Under the pieces are notes generated by a model. It was not told the DNA's origin, made no database searches, and worked only from the letters and a program-made list of their open reading frames with translations. A stretch of DNA of 32,000 bases from Bacillus subtilis subsp. subtilis str. 168 (GTDB taxonomy: Bacteria > Bacillota > Bacilli > Bacillales > Bacillaceae). This document shows, piece after piece, positions 10,618-18,717 of this stretch. The stretch covers positions 1,770,001 through 1,802,000 of the forward strand of contig NC_000964.3 of assembly GCF_000009045.1 (NCBI RefSeq). The letters are read 5' to 3'. Made by a program: the position numbers and the translations under genes. Position 1 is the stretch's first letter. Each line of letters starts with the position of its first letter.

Positions 10618-11103
10618 TTAAGCTGCTTCTCTATTAGGCTGGTTATCAAAAGCAAGTTCAATGATAGCCATGAAAGCTGATATCACAACAAGCAAGACAT
10701 CTGGAATATAAATAGACTGCATAAAGTAATCTGCAAAACAGATCGTTATAAGATTGCTGATAAAATACAGTATAAAAGCAAAAAGTGCAGTCTTTTTCAA
10801 TGAAAGTGATTTTGCCAAAATGATAGAGATAATCTTTGTGAGTGGGTCTATGATTAAACCTACAGCAAAGCAGGCTAAAATAAATAAAGCTAATGTTTGA
10901 TTGGAAGCGTATGTGATGCCAAGTATGGAGAATAAGCCTTTCATCCCGAAGAAAAAGCCGCCGAAGATGACTGCAAGCGCGATGGCCGCGATAAAAGTAA
11001 TAGATACAATTCCGATTAATTTTGATCTCAGGTTAAAATCTTTAGAGTGCTCGTTCTGTTCTTTTTGGTTCATGTATGACACTCCCTTCACCTGCTTACT
11101 CAT
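10618..11103 (-). CDS. ymzD: Small integral membrane protein of unknown function (YmzD-like), 161 aa (or 151 aa from the second Met)
   Basis: About four hydrophobic helices follow a polar N-terminus. There are two candidate starts: ATG 11103 (SD AAGGGTG) and ATG 11073 (SD AAGGGAG, 8-nt spacing). The gene name comes from my memory of the B. subtilis map. Confidence 0.7.
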   Translation of the reverse strand: MSKQVKGVSYMNQKEQNEHSKDFNLRSKLIGIVSITFIAAIALAVIFGGFFFGMKGLFSILGITYASNQTLALFILACFAVGLIIDPLTKIISIILAKSLSLKKTALFAFILYFISNLITICFADYFMQSIYIPDVLLVVISAFMAIIELAFDNQPNREAA

Positions 11104-11184
11104 ACAAACAGCACCCTTGAATCAGCCCAAAATATCTATAAGTCTGTTTTCTGACGAAAATAGTATAGCATATTTTAACAAAAC

Positions 11185-11221
11185 CAAAAAAGGCCCTTTC
11201 CACTGGGGAAGGGCCTTTTTC
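11185..11221 (-). terminator. Rho-independent terminator of ymcC (bidirectional in form)
   Basis: AGGCCCTT (11191-11198) pairs with AAGGGCCT (11209-11216). The hairpin is flanked by an A-run on the + strand (a U-run for the minus transcript) and a T-run. It lies 7 nt after the ymcC stop. Confidence 0.8.
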
Positions 11222-11227
11222 ATCATG

Positions 11228-11785
11228 TTAACTCCTGAGATTCGCCGAAGCTTTCTCTTTTTTTGGCCAAATAAAATAGCTGGCTGTAATGAGAAAGTCA
11301 ATGCCTATAATGACAGTCCACAGTTTAAGAATGCCGCTCAACGCCTCGGTTCGGGAAGAGTCATTGATAAAATAGATCATCCCTGCCAATAGTCCCGCAC
11401 CAATTAAGTAGGCCAGCACATGTCTTAGCCAGCCTTTCGCACCGTGCTTGGCATGGTCCATTCCAAAACGTTTCAGCGGTTTTGTTCCTTTTTTTGTCAC
11501 ATAATATTGAAACTTTTCATCTGCCCATTGAATCATTTGTTTCCCATAAGCGATCGATATACCGATGTAAACAGCTGCAATCCCATGGGCTGCGGTCGCT
11601 GAGGCTCCGCGGTAAAGGTCCACACCAGTTGCCGCTAACAAGATCAAATCGATAACTGGAGTTAAGGCAAGGAATAGCAGTCCTAATGTATGTCGTTTGA
11701 ATACGTAGCGTACAGCAAGCCCCAAAACAATGACAACCCAAAACGCAATTTCACAGAAAACAATCATCCATGCGATACCGTTCAA
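11228..11785 (-). CDS. ymcC: Integral membrane protein of unknown function (YmcC), 185 aa
   Basis: A TTG start at 11785 is preceded on the minus strand by AGAGGGG with 6-7 nt spacing. The protein has five to six hydrophobic segments. It is divergent from the TetR gene pksA. Confidence 0.8.
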   Translation of the reverse strand: MNGIAWMIVFCEIAFWVVIVLGLAVRYVFKRHTLGLLFLALTPVIDLILLAATGVDLYRGASATAAHGIAAVYIGISIAYGKQMIQWADEKFQYYVTKKGTKPLKRFGMDHAKHGAKGWLRHVLAYLIGAGLLAGMIYFINDSSRTEALSGILKLWTVIIGIDFLITASYFIWPKKEKASANLRS

Positions 11786-11802
11786 TCCATTCCCCTCTTT
11801 TC

Positions 11803-11816
11803 AATACAGTTGTATT
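11803..11816. promoter_or_regulatory. Palindromic operator-like site O1 (AATACA-GT-TGTATT)
   Basis: Perfect 6-bp half-sites surround a 2-nt centre. The site lies at the predicted +1 region of the ymcC promoter. A second copy lies 47 bp away (O2). This is a typical TetR-operator architecture. Confidence 0.5.
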
Positions 11817-11822
11817 ATTTAA

Positions 11823-11851
11823 ATAATATGTTACCATCTTTGTTTTTGTAA
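11823..11851 (-). promoter_or_regulatory. Candidate sigma-A promoter of ymcC
   Basis: On the minus strand: TTACAA (11851-11846), a 17-nt spacer, then TATTAT (11828-11823). The promoter is bracketed by O2 and O1. Confidence 0.4.
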
Positions 11852-11863
11852 CACAACTGTATT
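11850..11863. promoter_or_regulatory. Operator-like site O2 (AACACAACTGTATT)
   Basis: It is the reverse complement of O1 with a single mismatch. It overlaps the -35 of the minus-strand ymcC promoter and sits just upstream of the pksA -35. Confidence 0.5.
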
Positions 11864-11870
11864 ATAAAAA

Positions 11871-11899
11871 TTGCCCTCTCATTTTTTTCTTGTTACAAT
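11871..11899 (+). promoter_or_regulatory. Candidate sigma-A promoter of pksA (extended -10)
   Basis: TTGCCC (11871-11876), a 17-nt spacer, then TGT-TACAAT (11891-11899). The -10 ends 7 nt before the A of the pksA ATG. Confidence 0.4.
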
Positions 11900-11905
11900 A
11901 AAGCT

Positions 11906-12523
11906 ATGCCAAAACAAATTGACCATGAGAAAAGAAGAAAACAAATTGCAGAAGCAACGTGGCGCGTCATTTTAGAACGAGGGATGGAGGGAGCATCAGC
12001 CAGAAATATTGCAAAGGAAGCAGGATTGTCATTAGGTGCGCTGCGCCATTATTTCTCTACACAGGATGAATTGCTTGCTTTTGCAATGAAACTTGTCCAA
12101 GAAAAGGTAACGGACCGAATTAAGGACATTGCAGTGAGGGATTTGCTCCCTAAGGAAAAAGTGTTGCAAATTTTGCTTGAAATGGTCCCAACGAATGAAG
12201 AAACGATTAGAGAGATGGAGGTTTGGTTTGCTTTTACTGCTTACGCCAGACATAAAAAGGATATGTTTGATGCGAGTCATGACGGGATTTTCAGCGGCAT
12301 GCGGAATCTGATTGCCTATTTAGATGAATCCGATTTACTGAAGCAGAATGCTGATAAAGACATTGAAGCTGAGAGACTTTACGCGCTTGTTGACGGCTTG
12401 GCTTTACATGCCATGCTTGACCCTGTGCGCGTGAATAAAGACCGAATCAAGCGGGTCATTATGCAGCATGTAGAGTCAATTTGCGTGGAAGATACACGTG
12501 AGACACAAAAACGACATCCTTAA
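11906..12523 (+). CDS. pksA: TetR-family transcriptional regulator PksA, 205 aa
   Basis: The N-terminal TetR HTH is ATWRVILERGMEGASARNIAKEAGLSLGALRHYF. ATG 11906 is the only in-frame Met upstream of helix 1, and it has no SD. Confidence 0.9.
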   Translation: MPKQIDHEKRRKQIAEATWRVILERGMEGASARNIAKEAGLSLGALRHYFSTQDELLAFAMKLVQEKVTDRIKDIAVRDLLPKEKVLQILLEMVPTNEETIREMEVWFAFTAYARHKKDMFDASHDGIFSGMRNLIAYLDESDLLKQNADKDIEAERLYALVDGLALHAMLDPVRVNKDRIKRVIMQHVESICVEDTRETQKRHP

Positions 12524-12536
12524 GGCACTAGTGTGA

Positions 12537-12585
12537 AAAGCGATTCTTGTTGGGCATGCGTCCAAAAGAGTCGCTTTTTTATTTT
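12537..12585 (+). terminator. Rho-independent terminator of pksA
   Basis: A long imperfect hairpin forms from AGCGATTCTT...AAGAGTCGCT, with an inner TTGGGC/GTCCAA pairing, followed by T6. Confidence 0.75.
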
Positions 12586-12712
12586 CAAAGAACAAGGATC
12601 TCTGAAAAAAATGGAAAACAATCATGCTGTTTGGTAAAGTGGAATGAAAGACGGACTGAGGGGTGAACACTGGTCCATCGTTTAAGAACTTTACATGATA
12701 GGGATGGTATAA

Positions 12713-13390
12713 ATGAATCTTACTTACAAGGTGCATCCAATTAAAACAAGGTATCAGGGCTGGACGAATTATTGCTATATCATTGAAGATATTGTAAGCA
12801 GATCTGCAATTGTTGTTGATCCCTCATGGGAATTGAGTAAGATAACCACTACACTTTCCGAACTCGAAGCGGAATTAAAGGCAGTCGCATTGACACACTC
12901 TCATTATGATCATGTAAATCTGGTAGACCCGCTGACGAAGATGTTTAACGCTCAAGTTTATATGTCGAAAAAAGAAATTGATTATTATCAATTCCGATGC
13001 AGAAATTTAATTAGCCTAGATGATCATCAGACGATCAGCATAGGAAACACAAGAGCACAGTGCCTTCTCACACCGGGGCATACAGCCGGCGGAATGTGTT
13101 ATTTGTTTTCTGAGAGTATTTTTACCGGAGATACGGTGTTTACAGAAGGGTGCGGCATATGTGAGGATGATGGCAGCTCTGCGGAAGAGATGTTTGATAG
13201 CATTCAAAGAATAAAGTCGGAGGTTTCACCCCATGTACGGGTGTATCCTGGTCACTCATTTGGCAAATCGCCCGGCCATTCGATAAAGGATCTTTATCAG
13301 CATAATATTTACTTTCAAATTGATAAGAAAGAATATTTTGTGAAATTTCGCACTCGTAAAAACCAAAAAGGTATTTTTGATTTTAAATAA
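12713..13390 (+). CDS. pksB: Metallo-beta-lactamase-fold hydrolase (glyoxalase-II-like) PksB, 225 aa
   Basis: The HxHxDH motif is THSHYDH. Downstream metal ligands lie in PGHTAGG and PGHSFG. Confidence 0.9.
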   Translation: MNLTYKVHPIKTRYQGWTNYCYIIEDIVSRSAIVVDPSWELSKITTTLSELEAELKAVALTHSHYDHVNLVDPLTKMFNAQVYMSKKEIDYYQFRCRNLISLDDHQTISIGNTRAQCLLTPGHTAGGMCYLFSESIFTGDTVFTEGCGICEDDGSSAEEMFDSIQRIKSEVSPHVRVYPGHSFGKSPGHSIKDLYQHNIYFQIDKKEYFVKFRTRKNQKGIFDFK

Positions 13391-13440
13391 TCCTTCTGAA
13401 TCTATTATCCTATTTTTCTTCGAATATCTAAATGATTTTT

Positions 13441-13452
13441 ATTTTCGAAAAT
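13441..13452. promoter_or_regulatory. Perfect 12-bp palindrome ATTTTCGAAAAT in the pksB-pksC intergenic region
   Basis: The site is self-complementary and flanked by direct AATGATT repeats (13431-13437 and 13450-13456). Its half-sites resemble CodY-box halves (AATTTTC/GAAAATT) but lack the central W. TTCGAAA also resembles a Spo0A box (TTCGACA). Confidence 0.3.
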
Positions 13453-13762
13453 GATTACATAGAAGGTGTTATTTATTTTGAAAACTCATTTGAAAGAAAA
13501 TGAAGCGCATTATCATGATATGGCGCCCTATATGTAATCCGGGTCTTTTTTCTTATGTTCTGTTATATCTCCTGATCCTTTATTCCTCAATGGAAAAAAG
13601 CAGAAAAACAATGGAGCAAACTGTAGGAAAAATTAACTTGACGGATAATATTTACAGAGGTTACCATCAACATGAACATGCTACTATTTATCCGGTCATC
13701 ACTATTATAAAATCATACAGAAGTGAAACACATCTACTAATCGGAAGGGTGGCTTTGAGAGA

Positions 13763-14629
13763 ATGATCACATATGTTTTTCCAGGTCAGGGTTCACAAAA
13801 ACAGGGAATGGGCAGCGGCCTATTCGATGAATTTAAAGAACTGACGGATCAGGCAGATGAGATCTTAGGATATTCTATCAAACGTCTTTGCCTGGAAAAT
13901 CCTTATTCCAATTTAAACAAAACGCAATTTACTCAGCCGGCATTATATGTGGTAAACGCACTAAGCTATCTGAAAAAAATCAGGGATGAAGAAGTTAAAC
14001 CTGACTTTGTCGCCGGGCACAGCTTGGGTGAATACAATGCGTTATTTGCAGCTGAAGCCTTTGATTTTGAGACAGGTTTACAGCTTGTCAGAAAAAGAGG
14101 CGAGCTGATGAGTCTGATAAGCAACGGCGGTATGGCAGCTGTTATGGGACTAAATGAAGAGCAGGTTGCAAAGGCTCTGAAAGAATATCATTTACATGAT
14201 GTTGATATCGCTAATGTGAATGCCCCATATCAAATTGTAATTTCAGGAAAAAAAGATGAGATTGAAAAAGCCGCATCTCTTTTTGAAACGATGACTGAAG
14301 TTACAATGGTACTCCCCTTAAACGTAAGCGGCGCGTTTCATTCCAGATACATGAATAAAGCAAAAGAAGAATTCGAGGAGTTCCTTCATGCCTTTTATTT
14401 TTCGCCTCCGTCTATCCCGGTTATTTCTAATGTGTATGCCAAACCGTATACATACGAATTCATGAAACAGACGCTGGCTGATCAAATTAATCATTCAGTG
14501 AAATGGACTGACAGCATAAGCTACTTAATGAAAAAAGGCCATATGGAGTTTGAGGAGGTAGGGCCTGGAAATGTTTTAACTGGGTTAATTCATCGCATAA
14601 AGAAAGATGCGGAAGCAATGCCCCGCTAA
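13763..14629 (+). CDS. pksC: Free-standing malonyl-CoA:ACP transacylase (trans-AT) PksC, 288 aa
   Basis: FabD-like motifs: GQGSQ, active-site GHSLGEY, Arg at Ser+25 (VRKRGELM), and GAFHS. The SD GAAGGGTGG precedes ATG 13763. Confidence 0.95.
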   Translation: MITYVFPGQGSQKQGMGSGLFDEFKELTDQADEILGYSIKRLCLENPYSNLNKTQFTQPALYVVNALSYLKKIRDEEVKPDFVAGHSLGEYNALFAAEAFDFETGLQLVRKRGELMSLISNGGMAAVMGLNEEQVAKALKEYHLHDVDIANVNAPYQIVISGKKDEIEKAASLFETMTEVTMVLPLNVSGAFHSRYMNKAKEEFEEFLHAFYFSPPSIPVISNVYAKPYTYEFMKQTLADQINHSVKWTDSISYLMKKGHMEFEEVGPGNVLTGLIHRIKKDAEAMPR

Positions 14630-15132
14630 AGCATTTGCCCCTATGGCCATGTATCTCATCAATCAGGTCTAAACACAGATTTCCTTTCATTTAAGGTATA
14701 AAGTTTTAAAGATTCAATCGTTCGATTGACACTGTTTCTAATTGAATAACTTTATATACTGTTACATAAAGAGGCTGATAAATTAAGTTAGACATTTGAA
14801 CTATGTCAGCCGGTCTGTCAAACCATCGCTCCCACATCTAGATGGTCCATTTTTAAACCGCACCCACCAATCATAGAGTCGATGTTCTTTGCTGATCCTG
14901 TTATCATGTTACATCAATTTTGAGATATCAACATACATCTACGATCACGTCATAAATGAACCACATCCAGAGCACCAATAGCAATCCTTCCAAGTTGAAT
15001 CTCCTTTACTTTTTCACATATGTCTTTTCCATTTATTAATTTCATTTCAATCGCTGCTATGTGCTTTAACAACATGCATGGAAATGAGAAATCCAATAGC
15101 CGTCATAAATATAAAAAAAGAAGGTTATACAC

Positions 15133-16107
15133 ATGAATGAACCGCTTGTTTTTATGTTTTCCGGGCAAGGTTCCCAATACTATCACATGGGGAAAGAACT
15201 ATTTAAGGAAAATACCGTGTTTCGCCAATCAATGCTTGAAATGGATGCCATTGCAGCACGGCGAATCGGCACATCCATTGTTGAAGAAATCTACCATCCA
15301 GGTAAACGTGTGTCAGATCCGTTTGACAGTATTCTTTTTTCCCACCCCGCCATTTTTATGATTGAGTATTCCTTATATAAGGTTTTGGAAGACAGGGGAA
15401 TTTATCCTGATTACGTATTGGGATCAAGTCTGGGAGAATTCGCAGCAGCGGCAGTTTCTGGTGTGTCAGACGCAGAGGATATGCTGGATTGCATACTTGA
15501 ACAGGCTATTATCATCCAGAATTCCTGCGATAAAGGAAAAATGCTGGCCATTCTTGACAAACCGCAATTGCTGAATGATCATCCGCAACTGTTTGGAAAT
15601 AGTGAACTCATTTCTATCAATTATGATTCGCACTTCGTCATTTCTGGTGAAGAAGATCATATAAGGAAGATTATGGAGGATTTAAAGGAGAAGCAGATTC
15701 TTTGCCAGCTGCTTCCTGTGTCCTATGCCTTTCATTCTTCGCTTATTGATCCGGCAGAGAGTGCCTATGCAGAATTTTTAAGATCAAAATCTTTTCAAAA
15801 ACCGTCAATACCGATTGTATCGAGCTTAACGGGAAGCTGCCTTCACGTAATGGACGAGAATTTCTTTTGGAATGCGGTCAGAAAGCCAATGATGTTTCGT
15901 GAAGCGATTCGATATTTGGAAAGCCAGCATACATGCAAGTTTATCGATTTAGGGCCATCCGGCACCTTAGCTGCTTTTGTGAAACAGCTGATTCCGGGTG
16001 ATTCAGCTGACCGTTGCTGCTCAATCATAACACCATTTCATCAGGAGCTGAAAAATCTGAATACGGTTGAGTATTTCCGTACACCAGAAAGGAAGTTTAC
16101 AAGATGA
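15133..16107 (+). CDS. pksD: Acyltransferase-like protein PksD (probable acyl hydrolase / proofreading AT), 324 aa
   Basis: It has the FabD fold (GQGSQ, YAFHS), but the active site is GSSLGE and Gln replaces the malonyl-binding Arg at Ser+25. Confidence 0.9.
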   Translation: MNEPLVFMFSGQGSQYYHMGKELFKENTVFRQSMLEMDAIAARRIGTSIVEEIYHPGKRVSDPFDSILFSHPAIFMIEYSLYKVLEDRGIYPDYVLGSSLGEFAAAAVSGVSDAEDMLDCILEQAIIIQNSCDKGKMLAILDKPQLLNDHPQLFGNSELISINYDSHFVISGEEDHIRKIMEDLKEKQILCQLLPVSYAFHSSLIDPAESAYAEFLRSKSFQKPSIPIVSSLTGSCLHVMDENFFWNAVRKPMMFREAIRYLESQHTCKFIDLGPSGTLAAFVKQLIPGDSADRCCSIITPFHQELKNLNTVEYFRTPERKFTR

Positions 16108-16967
16108 TTACATATGTCTTTCCAGGGCAAGGCTCCCAGCAAAAGGGGATGGGACAAGGGCTATTTGAACAGTATCAGCATTTGACAGATCAAGCAGATC
16201 AAATATTGGGCTATTCAATAGAGAAGCTATGTACCGAAAAATCATATCTGGATGTAAATCATACTGAATACACGCAGCCGGCTTTGTATGTTGTTAATGC
16301 ACTCAGTTACTTGAAGAGAGTGGAGGAGACCGGCAGAAAACCTGATTTTGCGGCAGGACACAGCTTAGGAGAATACAATGCGCTGATGGCAGCCGGTGCA
16401 TTTGATTTTGAAACCGGATTAAGGCTCGTCAAAAAAAGAGGAGAATTGATGGGACGAATTACAGGGGGCGGAATGGCTGCTGTGATCGGCCTGAGTAAGG
16501 AACAAGTTACAGCCGTTTTAGAAGAGCACCGTCTTTATGACATTGATGTGGCAAATGAAAATACGCCCCAGCAAATTGTGATTTCTGGCCCGAAAAAAGA
16601 GATTGAAAAAGCTCGGGCTGTTTTTGAAAACACCAAGGATGTAAAGCTGTTTCATCCATTAAATGTGAGCGGAGCTTTTCATTCCAGATATATGAATGAA
16701 GCCAAACAGGTATTTAAGCAATATATTGACTCATTCCAGTTTGCACCTTTGGCGATCCCGGTTATCTCCAATGTCTACGCAGAGCCATACCATCAAGACA
16801 GATTAAAAGATACATTATCTGAACAAATGGACAACACAGTGAAATGGACGGACAGCATTCGTTTTCTGATGGGAAGAGGAGAAATGGAGTTTGCAGAGAT
16901 TGGGCCTGGAACTGTTTTAACCGGTCTCATTCATCGGATTAAAAATGAAGCTGAACCATTGACATAT
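16104..16967 (+). other. PksE acyltransferase domain
   Basis: Motifs: [26 protein letters not shown] (Arg present) and GAFHS. The domain is collinear with PksC along its whole length. Confidence 0.9.
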
Positions 16968-18407
16968 ATACCGAAAAAGAACCCCGCGATCAGTGCGCAT
17001 CTAAAGGAGCAACGCAATGTTCAAGCCGGGATTACGGCAGAATCTTTAGGAAGTGCTGAATTTAAACAAGATTATCATCTTACATATGCTTATCTTGCAG
17101 GAGGAATGTACCGCGGCATTGCTTCGAAAGAAATGGTAGTAAAGCTGTCAAGAGCGGGAATGATGGGGTTCTTTGGCACAGGAGGTCTGAGCCTGAAAGA
17201 GGTTGAAGATGCGATCCATGCTATACAAGGTGAATTAGGAAAAGGACAAGCCTACGGCATCAATCTGGTCCACAATATGAAACATACTGAATCAGAAGAA
17301 AAAATGATCGATCTTTTATTGAGGAATCAAGTGAGCATTGTGGAGGCTTCAGCATTTTTAAGTGTCACTCCTGTATTAGTAAGGTATCGCGCAAAAGGAG
17401 TGAAACGAAATCAAAATGGTGACGTTATATGCTCAAATCGTCTCATAGCAAAAATATCACGGCCGGAAGTTGCAGAATCATTTCTGAGTCCTGCGCCTGA
17501 GAATATGCTGCAAAAGCTTTTAGGAGAAAATAAAATCACTATGAACGAAGCTGAGTTGTTGCGGTGCATTCCGATGGCTGACGATATTTGTGTAGAAGCT
17601 GATTCAGGCGGTCATACAGATGGCGGTGTGGCATACAGCCTGATGCCGGCGATGACATCTTTAAGAGATGAAATGATGAAAAAATATCAATACCGGAAAA
17701 AAATAAGAGTTGGTGCAGCTGGAGGAATTGGAACACCTGAGGCAGCGATGGCGGCTTTTATGCTAGGGGCTGATTTTATTCTAACAGGCTCAATCAATCA
17801 ATGTACGGTTGAGGCGGCAACAAGTGATAAAGTAAAGGATTTGCTTCAGCAGATGAATGTACAAGATACAGCCTATGCGCCTGCAGGTGATATGTTTGAA
17901 TCGGGCAGTAAAGTGCAGGTGCTAAAGAAAGGCGTGTTCTTTCCCGCACGGGCAAACAAGTTATATGAACTGTATCAGCGGTATGGGTCTATACGTGAGC
18001 TGGATGCAAAGATGCTGGCCCAGCTTGAGGAGAAATACTTTAAACGCAGTATAGAAGACATATATAAAGATATTGCATTGCATTATCCCGCGGCAGACAT
18101 TGAGAAGGCTGAACAAAACCCGAAGCATAAAATGGCTTTGATTTTCCGATGGTACTTCAGATACAGTTCAAAATTGGCAATCAGCGGAAGCGAACATTCG
18201 AAGGTCGATTATCAAATTCACTGCGGTCCCGCGCTGGGAGCCTTTAATCAATGGGTTAAAGGGTCGCAATTAGAAAATTGGCGAAACCGCCATGTGGATG
18301 AAATCGGGAAAAAATTAATGACAGAAACGGCAGTATTGCTTCATGAACGGATGCAATCGATGTATCAGCCGTCGCATGAAACAGACAACATAAAAATAAA
18401 AGTTTGA
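16104..18407 (+). CDS. pksE: Trans-AT / trans-enoyl reductase didomain protein PksE, 767 aa
   Basis: Its start overlaps the pksD stop in an ATGA junction. The N-terminal half is a close paralogue of PksC. The C-terminal half is an FMN-dependent FabK/PfaD-type enoyl reductase. Confidence 0.95.
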   Translation: MITYVFPGQGSQQKGMGQGLFEQYQHLTDQADQILGYSIEKLCTEKSYLDVNHTEYTQPALYVVNALSYLKRVEETGRKPDFAAGHSLGEYNALMAAGAFDFETGLRLVKKRGELMGRITGGGMAAVIGLSKEQVTAVLEEHRLYDIDVANENTPQQIVISGPKKEIEKARAVFENTKDVKLFHPLNVSGAFHSRYMNEAKQVFKQYIDSFQFAPLAIPVISNVYAEPYHQDRLKDTLSEQMDNTVKWTDSIRFLMGRGEMEFAEIGPGTVLTGLIHRIKNEAEPLTYIPKKNPAISAHLKEQRNVQAGITAESLGSAEFKQDYHLTYAYLAGGMYRGIASKEMVVKLSRAGMMGFFGTGGLSLKEVEDAIHAIQGELGKGQAYGINLVHNMKHTESEEKMIDLLLRNQVSIVEASAFLSVTPVLVRYRAKGVKRNQNGDVICSNRLIAKISRPEVAESFLSPAPENMLQKLLGENKITMNEAELLRCIPMADDICVEADSGGHTDGGVAYSLMPAMTSLRDEMMKKYQYRKKIRVGAAGGIGTPEAAMAAFMLGADFILTGSINQCTVEAATSDKVKDLLQQMNVQDTAYAPAGDMFESGSKVQVLKKGVFFPARANKLYELYQRYGSIRELDAKMLAQLEEKYFKRSIEDIYKDIALHYPAADIEKAEQNPKHKMALIFRWYFRYSSKLAISGSEHSKVDYQIHCGPALGAFNQWVKGSQLENWRNRHVDEIGKKLMTETAVLLHERMQSMYQPSHETDNIKIKV
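17034..18404 (+). other. PksE enoyl-ACP reductase (FMN/TIM-barrel, PfaD-like) domain
   Basis: [20 protein letters not shown] and [11 protein letters not shown] segments are typical of FabK/nitronate-monooxygenase-type trans-ERs. Domain boundaries are approximate. Confidence 0.8.
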
Positions 18408-18468
18408 ATATTATGAAAATATACCTATAAAAATCATTAAAATAATCCCTTGAAGGAGAGAGCGCATT

Positions 18469-18717
18469 ATGGATAAACAGAGAATCTTTGAAGTATTAAT
18501 CACCAATATTTGCGAGGTGCTTCCTGAATTAGACGGACACAGATTTGAGCCTGAAGATCAGTTAGTTGAGCTAGGAGCTGACTCTGTAGACAGAGCTGAA
18601 ATTATCACGATGGTGCTAGAGGATTTATCGTTAAAAATCCCTCGCATTGAGCTATCCGGGGTGAAAAACATCGGTGAATTAGCTGAGGTGCTTTATGACA
18701 AAGTGCAATCTGCCTGA
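18469..18717 (+). CDS. acpK: Free-standing acyl carrier protein AcpK, 82 aa
   Basis: GAAGGAGAG precedes ATG 18469. The phosphopantetheine site is LGADSVDRAE. The size and position in front of the KS-S/HCS genes fit AcpK. Confidence 0.9.
   Translation: MDKQRIFEVLITNICEVLPELDGHRFEPEDQLVELGADSVDRAEIITMVLEDLSLKIPRIELSGVKNIGELAEVLYDKVQSA

Noticed and set aside
10901-11392. Track ORF of 163 aa on the + strand
   Set aside because: It is antisense to ymzD and ymcC and reads straight through the ymcC terminator hairpin. The membrane-protein frames on the minus strand have proper SDs and hydrophobicity periodicity.
13500-13766. Track ORF of 88 aa immediately upstream of pksC
   Set aside because: None of its Met codons has a Shine-Dalgarno element, and it has no recognisable family. 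The region is AT-rich intergenic sequence, and as far as I recall it is not annotated in the reference genome. I kept only the ATGA junction as a note in the findings.
14726-14760. TTGACA hexamer followed by TATATA/TATACT, considered as a pksD promoter
   Set aside because: The spacer is 21-23 nt, too long for a sigma-A promoter. I kept it only as a remark within the gap finding.
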